From NCBI GenBank assembly GCA_964481895.1, contig CAYZUL010000006.1:1-60066 (forward strand): a stretch of 60,066 bases of DNA, given 5' to 3'. Numbering within the stretch: position 1 is the stretch's first letter; every line of letters starts with the position of its first letter. Below the pieces are notes generated by a model that made no database searches, was not told the DNA's origin, and saw nothing but the letters and a program-made list of their open reading frames with translations. The translations under genes were made by a program, and so were the position numbers. Below are positions 37,822 through 47,827 of the stretch, in pieces. Source of the DNA: an uncultured Nitrospirota bacterium. GTDB taxonomy: Bacteria; Nitrospirota; Nitrospiria; JACRHA01.

Positions 37822-39156
37822 ATGAAGTTACCTCTCATTGCAATAATAGGCAGACCCAATGTCGGAAAGTCGACCTTTTTTAACAAGCTTCTGGGAAAAA
37901 GACTTGCTATTGTGGAGGACCAGCCCGGTGTGACGAGGGACAGGAACTATGCAAGATGTAGTTATACTGACAAGGAGATTAATCTGGTTGACACAGGGGG
38001 TTTAATCATGGAAGGCGATGAAGGGATTACGGCCAAGGTAAGGAGGCAGACAGAAGAGGCAATGGCTGAGGCTGACCAGATAATCTTTCTCCTGGACGGG
38101 AAGGAGGGCGTCACGGAGGGGGACAAGGAGATCGTCGAGATCTTAAGGAAGGTCAAGAAACCCATTTATTATGCTGTAAACAAGATTGACGGGCCAAAGG
38201 CAAGGGACAAGGTATATGAATTCTATCAACTGGGTATAGATCCTATATACCCTGTATCAGCGGAGCATGGATACGGTATTGATGATCTTATGGAAGAGGT
38301 CTGCTCCCTTTTGCCAAAATCTGTATATACAGAAGAGGCCGGAGAGATATTGCCTAAGATCACCGTGATCGGGAGGCCGAATGTCGGTAAATCGACGCTT
38401 ATCAACACCCTTCTGGGGGAGGAGCGTATGGTGACAAGTGAGGTGCCGGGGACAACAACGGACCCGATAGATACGACAGTTGTGCATAGCGGGAAAAACT
38501 ACCTCTTCATAGATACAGCTGGTATACGCCGCAGGGGCAAGATTGAGCGCGGGGCTGAAAGGTTCTCTGTTTCAAGGGCAACAAGGACGCTTACAAGGGC
38601 GGACATTGCCCTCCTTTTGATCGATGCCACGGAGGGGATAGTGGAACAGGATACAAAGATAGCAGGGATGGTCTTAAAGGAGAGGGGGCTTATTCTTCTA
38701 ATTAATAAATGGGATCTGGTTTTATCTGACCCTCTGGCAAAAAAGAAGTTTGAATCGGAGATCAGCAGGAGGTTCCCCTTTCTCTCTAATACGCCCCATC
38801 TGTTCATCTCCGCCAAAAAGCATAAGGATCTGGAAAAGATCTTTCCATTAATAGATCAGGTGATGGAGGGATTTACCCTGAAGGCCTCCACCTCATCCTT
38901 AAACAAGATGCTTGAGGAGATCCTCTCCACAAACCCGCCTCCTTCTTACAAGGGGCTTAGGGTTAGGGTAAAGTATATCACCCAGATCGGTTCGTCACCA
39001 CCTGCATTTCTAATATTCTCAAACCGTCCTGAAGGGATAAAAAGGGGATATATCAGATTCCTTGAGAGTAAGATCATAGAGAGATTCCAGATCGTCGGGT
39101 CGCCAGTCAATGTCAAGATGAGGGGCAAGGATGGCAACGCAAACCCCTATAAATAG
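37822..39156 (+). CDS. der: ribosome biogenesis GTPase Der
   Basis: Two GRPNVGKS G-domains, DTGG/DTAG, NKID/NKWD, KH-like tail. Confidence 0.96.
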   Translation: MKLPLIAIIGRPNVGKSTFFNKLLGKRLAIVEDQPGVTRDRNYARCSYTDKEINLVDTGGLIMEGDEGITAKVRRQTEEAMAEADQIIFLLDGKEGVTEGDKEIVEILRKVKKPIYYAVNKIDGPKARDKVYEFYQLGIDPIYPVSAEHGYGIDDLMEEVCSLLPKSVYTEEAGEILPKITVIGRPNVGKSTLINTLLGEERMVTSEVPGTTTDPIDTTVVHSGKNYLFIDTAGIRRRGKIERGAERFSVSRATRTLTRADIALLLIDATEGIVEQDTKIAGMVLKERGLILLINKWDLVLSDPLAKKKFESEISRRFPFLSNTPHLFISAKKHKDLEKIFPLIDQVMEGFTLKASTSSLNKMLEEILSTNPPPSYKGLRVRVKYITQIGSSPPAFLIFSNRPEGIKRGYIRFLESKIIERFQIVGSPVNVKMRGKDGNANPYK

Positions 39157-39183
39157 GAGGTTAGTGCTTCCCCTTGCTCACTA

Positions 39184-39212
39184 GGTAGACCCGCTTCCCG
39201 TGGGTATCTACC
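39184..39212. repeat. GTAG-type REP-like hairpin
   Basis: GGTAGA-CCCGC-TTCCC-GTGGG-TA-TCTACC; 39197-39211 is the exact reverse complement of 55992-56006. Confidence 0.7.
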
Positions 39213-40338
39213 TCTCCATAAACCTGCTTACCCCCCCGAATGTGCCGAACCATTTAGTCCCATCCTGATCTATTGCAATAGAGTATACAGTGTTCGAGAA
39301 GAGGCCGTCCTCCATCTTATAATTCTTAAAGCCTTTTCCATCAAACCTGCTGACCCCGCCATTAGTCCCGATCCAGAGGATTCCCCTGGAATCCAGCTTA
39401 AGGGAGTGGATCATGTTTCCAGGAAGACCGTCCGACATGGTATAGCTCCTCCAACTCTTTCCATCAAACCTGCTCAAACCCGCACCCCATGTCCCGAACC
39501 ATTTATTCCCCTCCCGATCCACCACACCGGAGACGACATAGTCCGGATTATACTCGTTGGCCTTTATCTCATGTTCCCTGTGCCTCTTTCCGCTTGGGAG
39601 GAGCTCAATCTTCTTTCCAAGTTCCTTCTCTATCAGCGCCTGATCAGCGCCCAGGCCGTCTTTGTGTGTCCATGTCCGCCAGGCACTCCCGTCGAAGCTG
39701 TTAACGCCGCCTTCTGTACCGAACCATTTAGTCCCGTCATTATCTACCATGGTTACATAGACCCATTCGTTTGCAAGGACCTCAAGCGTATATCTTCCCC
39801 ATGGTCTCTCATCAGCCCTCTTTATCTTATTTACGCCGTACCATGTCCCTACCCACATAGTCCCGTCAGGCTCAAATGCAAGGGACCAGACATATTCATC
39901 AACAAGCCCATCCTTGCTGTCATAGGTCTTCCATCTCTTTCCATCATAGCTCGTAAGGCCGCCGCCATTTGTGCCAAACCACTTGATGCCATCCCTGTCC
40001 TGGGCTATGGAGAGGATCGACTGGCTCCTTAGCCCGTCCTTTATTGTATAGACCACCTGGCCTTCGTTCGCCTTGTTATACCTTATTATCCCATCAGATG
40101 TACCTATCCAGATGTAGTCCCCATCGATTAAAAGCGCCTTAATTATTGCCCCTATCGACCAGTTTGACCAGAGAGATTCATTCCCCTTTTGCAGCTTAAC
40201 CCTATTAATGGATATATGGTCCACCCTGCGCATTTCCAGCTCAAATGCCTCTATGCAGAATATGAATAAAAAAAGTATGACTACAGGAAGGATATATTTG
40301 ACCGGTTTATGCCGTCCGGATTTCGTCACCTTCCCCAT
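39208..40338 (-). CDS. exported/membrane-anchored beta-propeller (two-component regulator propeller repeats, no signalling domain)
   Basis: Repeated D.DG..WFGT.GG(G)...FDG..W..Y...DGL blades; N-terminal TM. Confidence 0.85.
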   Translation of the reverse strand: MGKVTKSGRHKPVKYILPVVILFLFIFCIEAFELEMRRVDHISINRVKLQKGNESLWSNWSIGAIIKALLIDGDYIWIGTSDGIIRYNKANEGQVVYTIKDGLRSQSILSIAQDRDGIKWFGTNGGGLTSYDGKRWKTYDSKDGLVDEYVWSLAFEPDGTMWVGTWYGVNKIKRADERPWGRYTLEVLANEWVYVTMVDNDGTKWFGTEGGVNSFDGSAWRTWTHKDGLGADQALIEKELGKKIELLPSGKRHREHEIKANEYNPDYVVSGVVDREGNKWFGTWGAGLSRFDGKSWRSYTMSDGLPGNMIHSLKLDSRGILWIGTNGGVSRFDGKGFKNYKMEDGLFSNTVYSIAIDQDGTKWFGTFGGVSRFMER

Positions 40339-41177
40339 TTTAATTTTTCCCTCAGTATCCCGAAGTAGTTTCTGTCAGGAGATCCGACAAGCCTTATCTT
40401 CTGTTCTGACGCCTTTATCTCGACTACATCCTCCTCCCTCAGGGAGAATCCTACCTGACCGTCGAACGTAGCCACGGCGCCTTCATCCTTTGATTTTAAT
40501 ATTACCTCAACCCCGACATTGCCTGGGACAACAATCGGCCTGTTTGTTAAGGTATGAGGGCATACAGGCGTTATAATCATAGCATCAAGGGATGGGTGTA
40601 CGATTGGCCCGCCGGCAGAGAGGGAGTAGGCAGTTGAGCCGGTGGGGGTAGATACTATAAGGCCGTCAGCCCTCAGGCCGGTGACGAACTGATAATTTAT
40701 ATAGACCTCAAGGTTGATCATCCTGGCCAGCGAGCCCTTACTTATCACAACATCATTTAGTACGGTAGACTGCGCTATCCGCTCGCCCTGTCTGAGGATA
40801 TTGCTCTTCAACATCATCCTCTCGTCTATTATAAAGTCCTCCTGGAAGATCTTTTCTAGCGCAGCATATACCCCGTCCAGGGTTATCTCTGTGAGGAAGC
40901 CGAGCCCGCCAAGATTTACACCGAGTATCAGGGCATCCTTTCCCTCAACCAGCCTTGCCACACTGAGGAGTGTCCCATCTCCTCCAAGGACGATGATCAT
41001 CTCGACAAGGGATGGGATCCTGGACTTCTGAACTGCCGAAGGAAGCCCTGCAGTGGCTGCCGTGTCAGTATCCAGAAATACCTCCATCCCTCTCTCTGCC
41101 AACCAGGGAAGAAGACCGTCTAAAACCTTTTTGACCTCAGTTCTATGCGGTTTTGCTATGATGCCGATCCTCTGCAT
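40326..41177 (-). CDS. nadK: NAD kinase
   Basis: GGDGT, N.G.LGFL, LND, DG.IVSTPTGSTAYSLSAGGP. Confidence 0.96.
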   Translation of the reverse strand: MQRIGIIAKPHRTEVKKVLDGLLPWLAERGMEVFLDTDTAATAGLPSAVQKSRIPSLVEMIIVLGGDGTLLSVARLVEGKDALILGVNLGGLGFLTEITLDGVYAALEKIFQEDFIIDERMMLKSNILRQGERIAQSTVLNDVVISKGSLARMINLEVYINYQFVTGLRADGLIVSTPTGSTAYSLSAGGPIVHPSLDAMIITPVCPHTLTNRPIVVPGNVGVEVILKSKDEGAVATFDGQVGFSLREEDVVEIKASEQKIRLVGSPDRNYFGILREKLKWGR

Positions 41178-41297
41178 TTTAAGAATTTTTTGAACCATCA
41201 ACCAATTCTACCTGCTTTTTGGTTTACCGTCAATAAACGAACCTGTGTGCGAGCCTCATTTTTTTCTTGACATTTAAATTTATTGTATTATATATAC

Positions 41298-41445
41298 ATC
41301 AATTTATCTGTTGATTGGGACAGGAATTTCGGCCCAACATATTTTACCGGGCAAGGAGGAGGTGAGTCCTTTAGATACAGAAGCTGTATAAAGGGGATTT
41401 AAGGGCATATCGAGGTTATTAATCTTACGAAAGGGGGCAAATAGA
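41298..41445 (+). promoter_or_regulatory. structured 5' leader of speD with candidate uORF 41311-41391 (MIGTGISAQHILPGKEEVSPLDTEAV)
   Basis: TTGACA at 41267; hairpins 41298-41315, 41332-41352, 41367-41395; internal AAGGAGGAGG; uORF in frame with speD. Confidence 0.55.
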
Positions 41446-41880
41446 TTGTATGCTTTAGGGACGCATTTGTTGGTGGAGTTGAAAGATTGCACCAACTTAA
41501 AGCTTTTAAATGATGTAAAAAAGGTCGAAGAGGCCCTAGTCTCTGCGGCAAGAGAGGCAAAGGCAACAATCGTTCAGACCTGTTTTCACAAATTTAGTCC
41601 CTTTGGTATCAGTGGTGTGGTTGTAATTGCGGAGTCGCACCTGACGATCCACACCTGGCCCGAATATGGTTTTGCAGCCGTGGATATCTTTACCTGCGGT
41701 GATACGCTCCAGCCTGAGGTTGCAGCATCATACCTGATCGGTAAATTCAAGTCGCGGAACCCGTCTATTGTAGAGATGAAGAGGGGAATTATTTCAAACG
41801 GGGATGTCAAACTGCCCCATAAGCATGTTAGTGAGGTATACAACTATGGGGGAGCCCAAGAGTTACAAATGGCTCTTTGA
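41446..41880 (+). CDS. speD: S-adenosylmethionine decarboxylase proenzyme (short class 1B)
   Basis: G.HLL.EL, GISGVVVIAESHLTIHTWPE (E-S self-cleavage), D.FTCG; TTG start. Confidence 0.96.
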   Translation: MYALGTHLLVELKDCTNLKLLNDVKKVEEALVSAAREAKATIVQTCFHKFSPFGISGVVVIAESHLTIHTWPEYGFAAVDIFTCGDTLQPEVAASYLIGKFKSRNPSIVEMKRGIISNGDVKLPHKHVSEVYNYGGAQELQMAL

Positions 41881-42766
41881 TTACCTTAGCCCTGATGAAG
41901 GGCATATACATGGGATAAACACCATTATATATTCCAGGCAGACCAGGTTCCAGCAGATGGAGATAATGGACACCAAGAGTTACGGCCGCTGCCTGGTTCT
42001 TGACGGAAAGATGCAGTCCAGTGAGGCGGATGAGTTCATCTATCATGAGGCCCTTGTTCATCCGGCTATGCTCACACACCCGAATCCAAAAAGGATATTT
42101 ATAGTTGGCGGAGGGGAAGGGGCCACCCTCCGCGAGGTCTTGCGCTACAAATCTGTTGAATATGTGCTTATGGTTGATATAGACGAGGAGGTAGTGGAGA
42201 GCTGCAAGAAATACCTCCCGGAATGGCACCAGGGGTCGTTCGAGGATCCAAGGACAGAGCTTAAGTATCTGGATGCCAGGAAATATCTGGAAGAGACAGA
42301 GGATCAGTATGATATCATCATAATAGATATCTCTGAGCCGGTAGAAGAGGGTCCTGCCTATCTCCTCTATACAAAGGAGTTCTATTCAATGGTGCACAGG
42401 AGGCTCACAAGAGACGGGATAATCTCGCTCCAGGCAGGCACTACCTCTGCAACCAATCTCTTAAACTTTGCCTCGGTCCATCAAACCCTGAAGACCGCCT
42501 TCCCGGTAGTACGTCCGTATCAGGCCGCAATCCCATCGTTCGGCCTGCCATGGGGATTTACCCTCGCCTCAAAGGTCATAGATCCTCAGGGTATCTCCCC
42601 AGAGGAGATCGAGAAGAAGGCACTGGAGAGGGTCAGAGGCGAGTTGAGGTACTATAATGGGGCTATTCATAAGGGCCAGTTCCTCTTCCCAAAACATATC
42701 ACAAAGAGGCTTGAGAGCGAGGAGAGGGTCATCGAGGATAATTATCCCCTCTTTACTTATCACTAG
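41846..42766 (+). CDS. speE: polyamine aminopropyltransferase (spermidine synthase)
   Basis: LVLDG..QS...DEFIYHE, VGGGEGATLRE, VDID. Confidence 0.95.
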   Translation: MGEPKSYKWLFDYLSPDEGHIHGINTIIYSRQTRFQQMEIMDTKSYGRCLVLDGKMQSSEADEFIYHEALVHPAMLTHPNPKRIFIVGGGEGATLREVLRYKSVEYVLMVDIDEEVVESCKKYLPEWHQGSFEDPRTELKYLDARKYLEETEDQYDIIIIDISEPVEEGPAYLLYTKEFYSMVHRRLTRDGIISLQAGTTSATNLLNFASVHQTLKTAFPVVRPYQAAIPSFGLPWGFTLASKVIDPQGISPEEIEKKALERVRGELRYYNGAIHKGQFLFPKHITKRLESEERVIEDNYPLFTYH

Positions 42767-42839
42767 GAAGACTGGTGATCGGCTATCAGAAGTTAACATG
42801 CATCCTGATGCCACTAATTATTTCCACTAATAATATCCT

Positions 42840-44315
42840 ATGGAGATAGACGAGCAGCTCAAGACACCCCTGTTTGATGCCATGGTTGGTCTGGCAGAAA
42901 GCAGGAAGGTCTCATTTCATACACCAGGGCACAAGAGCGGGAAGGGGATATCAACCAGATTCAGAAAGTTCGTAGGGCCCAAGATCTTTTCGATCGATCT
43001 AACCACCCTGGATGAGGTCGATTCCCTCCAGAAGCCGAAAGGGGTAATAAAGGAGGCCCAGGAGCTTGCAGCAAAGGCCTACGGTGCTGACCGCTCACAT
43101 TTCCTGGTCAACGGGACCAGCGGCGGTATCCATGCGATGGTGATGGCTACATGTAACCCTGGTGACTATGTGCTTGTGGCGAGGAATGCCCATAAGTCTG
43201 CCCTCGCCGGACTTATTTTGAGCGGTGCAAGGCCCCTCTTTTTTCACCCGGCGATAGACGAGAATCTCAAGCTCACATTAAATGTAACATTTGATTCTGT
43301 AAAATCTGCCATTGACAGTCACCCTGAGGCAAAGGCGCTCTTTCTGACAAGCCCCAACTATTACGGCATATGCCTTGATCTTGAGAGGATCATCCCGTAT
43401 GCCCATCAACAAGGACTGACAGTCCTTGTTGATGAAGCCCACGGACCACACCTGAAGTTCCATCCGGACCTTCCTGTCTCTGCCATGGAGGCGGGGGCAG
43501 ATCTGTGTGTTCAATCGACGCATAAGATCATTGGCGGTATGACGCAGGCCTCAATGCTCCACGCTAAGGGAGGCAGGGTAGACCCTTTAACCTTGACCAA
43601 TGCACTCAGGTTTGTCCAGACCACAAGTCCCTCATATATCCTTATGGCATCCCTGGACCTTGCAAGGATGCAGATGGCTACAGAGGGAGAAAAGCTCCTG
43701 GACAAGGCGATAAGGCTGGCTGAGGAGGCACGAGGCAAGATAAACAGGATACCCGGTCTTGTCTGCTTCGGTAAGGACATCATTACCAATCCCCTCTTTG
43801 CGCAGATGGGCGGGTTTGATGTGACCAAGCTTACCATCAGCGTTAAGGACCTCGGTGTCTCAGGGTACAGGGTGTCACAGATACTAAACAACAGATATAA
43901 TATCCAGGTGGAGATGGCTGATCCGTTCCACATCCTGGTGATAGTCAGTATAGGCGACAGGAGAGATGATCTAAACCGCCTTGTTGACGCCTTAAAAGAG
44001 ACGTCAAAGGAGTTTTACGGCAGAAATAATGAATATCCCATGGAAAAGGTAGGGCTTCCTCTATTTACCAACAGGGCCCACATTTCACCAAGAGAGGCAT
44101 TCTTTTCCGATCACGTAAGTATCCTCCTTAAGGATGCAAAGGAAGAGATAAGTTCAGAGATTGTGACCGTTTATCCGCCAGGCATACCGATCCTTGTGCC
44201 CGGGGAGGTGATCACAGATGAGGTTATAGGGTATCTCTCGATGATGCTTAAACTTGGGGCCATAGTAGATGGCCTTGACGAAGAGAACAAAGAGATCAGG
44301 ATAGTGAAAAAATAG
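42840..44315 (+). CDS. speA: fold-type I Arg/Lys/Orn decarboxylase
   Basis: FHTPGHK, LVNGTS, RNAHKS, DEAHG, QSTHK, TTSPSY, YPPGIP; substrate inferred from context. Confidence 0.85.
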   Translation: MEIDEQLKTPLFDAMVGLAESRKVSFHTPGHKSGKGISTRFRKFVGPKIFSIDLTTLDEVDSLQKPKGVIKEAQELAAKAYGADRSHFLVNGTSGGIHAMVMATCNPGDYVLVARNAHKSALAGLILSGARPLFFHPAIDENLKLTLNVTFDSVKSAIDSHPEAKALFLTSPNYYGICLDLERIIPYAHQQGLTVLVDEAHGPHLKFHPDLPVSAMEAGADLCVQSTHKIIGGMTQASMLHAKGGRVDPLTLTNALRFVQTTSPSYILMASLDLARMQMATEGEKLLDKAIRLAEEARGKINRIPGLVCFGKDIITNPLFAQMGGFDVTKLTISVKDLGVSGYRVSQILNNRYNIQVEMADPFHILVIVSIGDRRDDLNRLVDALKETSKEFYGRNNEYPMEKVGLPLFTNRAHISPREAFFSDHVSILLKDAKEEISSEIVTVYPPGIPILVPGEVITDEVIGYLSMMLKLGAIVDGLDEENKEIRIVKK

Positions 44316-44407
44316 CATCTCTCCCCAACATCACTGATCTCGTCCAGATACATCTGAGACAAAATAATGCATAAAAGAGGGGTTCAAAAAGATAAGGGGG
44401 GCCCTCT

Positions 44408-44575
44408 AAAGACGGCGCAGAGATAGATTTTCTTACCGGAGATAAATCCCTCATAGAGGTTAAATATCACAGCAAATTATCAACCATACAGCAACGTCTC
44501 TTTGACAGCTTTAATGCAAAGAAAAAAGTGGTTATCAACAACCTTCACGATATAGAAAACTGGCAAGTAGAGTGA
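44408..44575 (+). pseudogene. C-terminal fragment of an AAA_14/DUF4143-type protein
   Basis: KDGAEIDFLTGDKSLIEVKY... PD-(D/E)xK-like EIDF/IEVK motif; no start. Confidence 0.65.
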
Positions 44576-44728
44576 ATCAGGACATGACAACAGGATATCT
44601 CTTTATCAGCCTGCTTATGAAATTAAGATGTTTGTTTTGGTCTTGTAAATTCCTATAAATTGGGGTAAAAATAATAAAAGGCGGGGAAGTGTTTGGAATC
44701 AATGCCTATTCTGGGGTTAATATAAGTT

Positions 44729-45670
44729 ATGTTTGGTATCAGGAGGAAGGAAATAATCCCAAATCTTGCGGTAAATATTGCAGGTATAAACCTTAAAAAT
44801 CCGGTAATTGCCTCATCCGGTGTATTCGGATATGGCGAGGAGTATGGCTCCCTTATTGATCTTAATAGATTCGGCGCCATAGTAGTTAAAGGGATCTCCT
44901 TAAAACCAAGAGAGGGGAATCCCATCCCGCGGATCTGTGAAACCCCCTGCGGGATGCTGAATGCGATAGGTCTTCAAAACATCGGCATTGATGCCTTTAT
45001 AGTGGAGAAGCTGCCATATCTTCGCGGCTTTGATGTACCGGTTATTGTGAATATATTCGGAGAGGATATCTCTGAATTTGAAAGGCTTGCGGGGCTGCTT
45101 GATAAGTCGGGTGGTGTGGCCGGAATCGAACTGAATATATCCTGTCCAAATGTCAAGAAAGGTGGGATGGAGTTCGGCAAGGATCCGAAGATGACCCATG
45201 AACTGGTATCTTCTGTTAAGAAGATTACGAGGCTCCCTATTATAGCAAAACTCTCTCCAAATGTTTCTGATATTGTGGAGATCGCAAAGGCTGCAAGGGA
45301 TGGAGGGGCGGATGGATTATCTCTGATCAACACCATTTTGGGGATGGCGATAGATATAGATACCAGGAGGCCGAGACTGGCCAACATTACAGGCGGACTC
45401 TCCGGCCCTGCAATAAAACCCATTGCCCTCAGGATGGTCTGGGAGGTATCAAGGGAGATAGGCCTCCCGATAATAGGGCTGGGCGGTATTAGTTCCTATG
45501 AAGATGCCATAGAATTCTTCCTTGCCGGGGCAACTGCCGTCGCCGTCGGAACGGCCCATTTTATAGATCCCCGGATTATGATAGATATCATCAGGAGACT
45601 TGCGGTATATATGACAAGACACAAGATAGAGGATGTAAGGGATCTTATAGGCGGAGTGAAGGTATCATAA
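44729..45670 (+). CDS. pyrD: dihydroorotate dehydrogenase family 1B catalytic subunit
   Basis: GMLNAIGLQN, ELNISCPN, KLSPNV, INT, GGLSGPAIKP. Confidence 0.95.
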   Translation: MFGIRRKEIIPNLAVNIAGINLKNPVIASSGVFGYGEEYGSLIDLNRFGAIVVKGISLKPREGNPIPRICETPCGMLNAIGLQNIGIDAFIVEKLPYLRGFDVPVIVNIFGEDISEFERLAGLLDKSGGVAGIELNISCPNVKKGGMEFGKDPKMTHELVSSVKKITRLPIIAKLSPNVSDIVEIAKAARDGGADGLSLINTILGMAIDIDTRRPRLANITGGLSGPAIKPIALRMVWEVSREIGLPIIGLGGISSYEDAIEFFLAGATAVAVGTAHFIDPRIMIDIIRRLAVYMTRHKIEDVRDLIGGVKVS

Positions 45671-45687
45671 AAGGAGGGATAAAAGGA

Positions 45688-46503
45688 GTGCTACTAATTC
45701 AGCAAAGACCTATCATCACACTCACTACAGATTTTGGGCATAAGGACTACTTTGTCGGGAGCCTAGAAGGGGTGATCCTCGGGATCAACCAGCATGCGGA
45801 TATTGTCAGTATCAGCCATGATGTTAGAAGTTATGATATAAGGGATGGGGCGTATATTATTAGGTCGGCCTATAGATACTTTCCGCGATTTTCTATCCAT
45901 GTATGTATAGTGGACCCTGGGGTAGGAAGCCCGAGGAGACCTATCCTTGTGGTGAGCAATAATTACTATTTTATTGGCCCTGATAATGGCATCTTCAGTT
46001 ATATATATAAAGAAGATCCACCCGTTAAGGTAATAGAGATAAAAGCTGAGCACTATTTCTTAAAATCAGGAGGAGCCACATTTCACGGAAGGGATATATT
46101 TGCCCCTGTAGCTGCATGGCTTTCAAAGGGGGTTGAATACTCAAACCTTGGAGATGAGATCACAGACTTCAAGGCATTCCCTATTCCAGATATAAATATG
46201 CCAGATCAGGATTCTATTAAAGGGGAGATAATATATATTGATAAGTTTGGAAATCTCATATCGAATATAACGAAGAACAACATCGATCAGCTTATTATAA
46301 ATAAGGGTAATAAGGAGCTTGAGGTCAGGATAAAGGATCAGATTATCACCGGTCTTAAGGATTTTTATGGACAGGGTGAAGCCAATACGATAGGCGCTAT
46401 CATTAATAGTAATGGGTATCTTGAGATCTTTTCATATAGGAAGAGCGCAAAGGAGATCCTGGGGATTTCAATCGGCGAGGAGATTATAGTTGCAGTCAGA
46501 TAA
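45688..46503 (+). CDS. DUF62 SAM hydroxide adenosyltransferase family
   Basis: TLTTDFG, VDPGVGS.R, GPDNG, TFHGRDIFAP, ID.FGN. Confidence 0.9.
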   Translation: MLLIQQRPIITLTTDFGHKDYFVGSLEGVILGINQHADIVSISHDVRSYDIRDGAYIIRSAYRYFPRFSIHVCIVDPGVGSPRRPILVVSNNYYFIGPDNGIFSYIYKEDPPVKVIEIKAEHYFLKSGGATFHGRDIFAPVAAWLSKGVEYSNLGDEITDFKAFPIPDINMPDQDSIKGEIIYIDKFGNLISNITKNNIDQLIINKGNKELEVRIKDQIITGLKDFYGQGEANTIGAIINSNGYLEIFSYRKSAKEILGISIGEEIIVAVR

Positions 46504-47827
46504 GAAGAAGGTCTATATAAAGACCTTTGGCTGCCAGATGAATGAGCATGACTCCGAAAGGATCGCAGGACTCATGGCTGAGGCCGGGTATAATCTCTCG
46601 GAGAGGCCTTATGACGCCCAGGTCATCATCCTGAACAGTTGCAGCATAAGAGAGAAGGCTTACGACAAGCTCCGCTCCGAGATAGGAAGATTGGGATCTC
46701 TTAAGAAGAAGAATCCGGGGTTAGTTATAGGCGTTGGAGGATGTGTTGCCCAGCAGGAAGGAAAGAGGCTTTTAGGCGGAAGCCGTTTAATAGATTTTGT
46801 ATTCGGGCCCGGGGCTATCCATAAGGTTCCGGAGATAATGGAAAGGGTATTAGTTGATGGAAGAGGGGTAGTTGAGATAGGAACGACAAATGACAAGTTG
46901 ATAGATGCAAATATAAAGAGGGACAATGGTATTACGGCATGGGTTTCGATAATGGAGGGGTGCGACAACTACTGTTCATACTGTGTAGTCCCATATACAA
47001 GGGGCAGGGAAGTAAGCAGGCCAAGCAATAATATTATTAACGAGATAGAAGGATTGGCTTCTGATGGATTTAAGGAGGTTGCACTCCTTGGTCAGAATGT
47101 TAGTTCCTATGGCAAGGGGCTTTCTGAATCTGTGGATTTTCCAACCCTCCTCTCAAAGATAGAGCCTATCAAAGGGATAGAGAGGATCAGGTTTATTACT
47201 TCCCATCCCAGGGATCTTTCACCGGACCTTGTCGATGCAATGGCCAAGCTTTCGAAGGTCTGTGAGCATATCCATCTCCCTCTCCAGTCAGGATCAGATA
47301 AGATCCTTGAATCGATGAACAGGGGATATACATATGAGGAGTACAGAAAGAAGGTTGATCTAATAAGAGACAGGATACCTTCCATCTCTGTAAGCACAGA
47401 TATAATTGTCGGCTTTCCAGGGGAAGACAAAGACGATTTTCATAAGACCAAAGATGCCCTGCTGGGTATCGGATACGACAGCATCTATCTCTTTAGGTAT
47501 TCCAGGAGACCAAATACCGCTGCACTTAGTCTGGATGGCCACCTCCCCGAAGATCTAAAGATAGAGAGGCTTGAAGAGATCCTGTCAATGCAAAGGGAGA
47601 TTACCCAAAGAAAGAACAGATCATATGTTGGAAGGGACGCCCAGGTGCTATTTGACGGACATAATAGCAAGGAAGAGGGCGGCATCGTGGGGAGGACAAG
47701 GACGAATAAAGTTGTCTACGTCAAGGGGAACAGCTCCCTCATAGGTCATCTTAAGGAGGTTAAGATTGTATCCTCATCATTTGCCTCCCTAAGGGGAGAA
47801 CTTTCGGAGAATGGCGTAAATGCTTAA
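46490..47827 (+). CDS. miaB: tRNA i6A37 methylthiotransferase
   Basis: TFGCQMN.HDSE, NSCSIRE, GCVAQ, CDNYCSYC, TRAM tail. Confidence 0.95.
   Translation: MQSDKKKVYIKTFGCQMNEHDSERIAGLMAEAGYNLSERPYDAQVIILNSCSIREKAYDKLRSEIGRLGSLKKKNPGLVIGVGGCVAQQEGKRLLGGSRLIDFVFGPGAIHKVPEIMERVLVDGRGVVEIGTTNDKLIDANIKRDNGITAWVSIMEGCDNYCSYCVVPYTRGREVSRPSNNIINEIEGLASDGFKEVALLGQNVSSYGKGLSESVDFPTLLSKIEPIKGIERIRFITSHPRDLSPDLVDAMAKLSKVCEHIHLPLQSGSDKILESMNRGYTYEEYRKKVDLIRDRIPSISVSTDIIVGFPGEDKDDFHKTKDALLGIGYDSIYLFRYSRRPNTAALSLDGHLPEDLKIERLEEILSMQREITQRKNRSYVGRDAQVLFDGHNSKEEGGIVGRTRTNKVVYVKGNSSLIGHLKEVKIVSSSFASLRGELSENGVNA

Noticed and set aside
39406-40032. 208-aa plus-strand ORF and similar long antisense ORFs (e.g. 18802-19389, 10620-11120, 20735-21247)
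   Set aside because: Fully antisense to well-supported genes, with no motifs or RBS.
45688-46503. Fluorinase/chlorinase
   Set aside because: Has the DUF62 hydrolase-type TFHGRD motif and a housekeeping context with no halometabolite genes.
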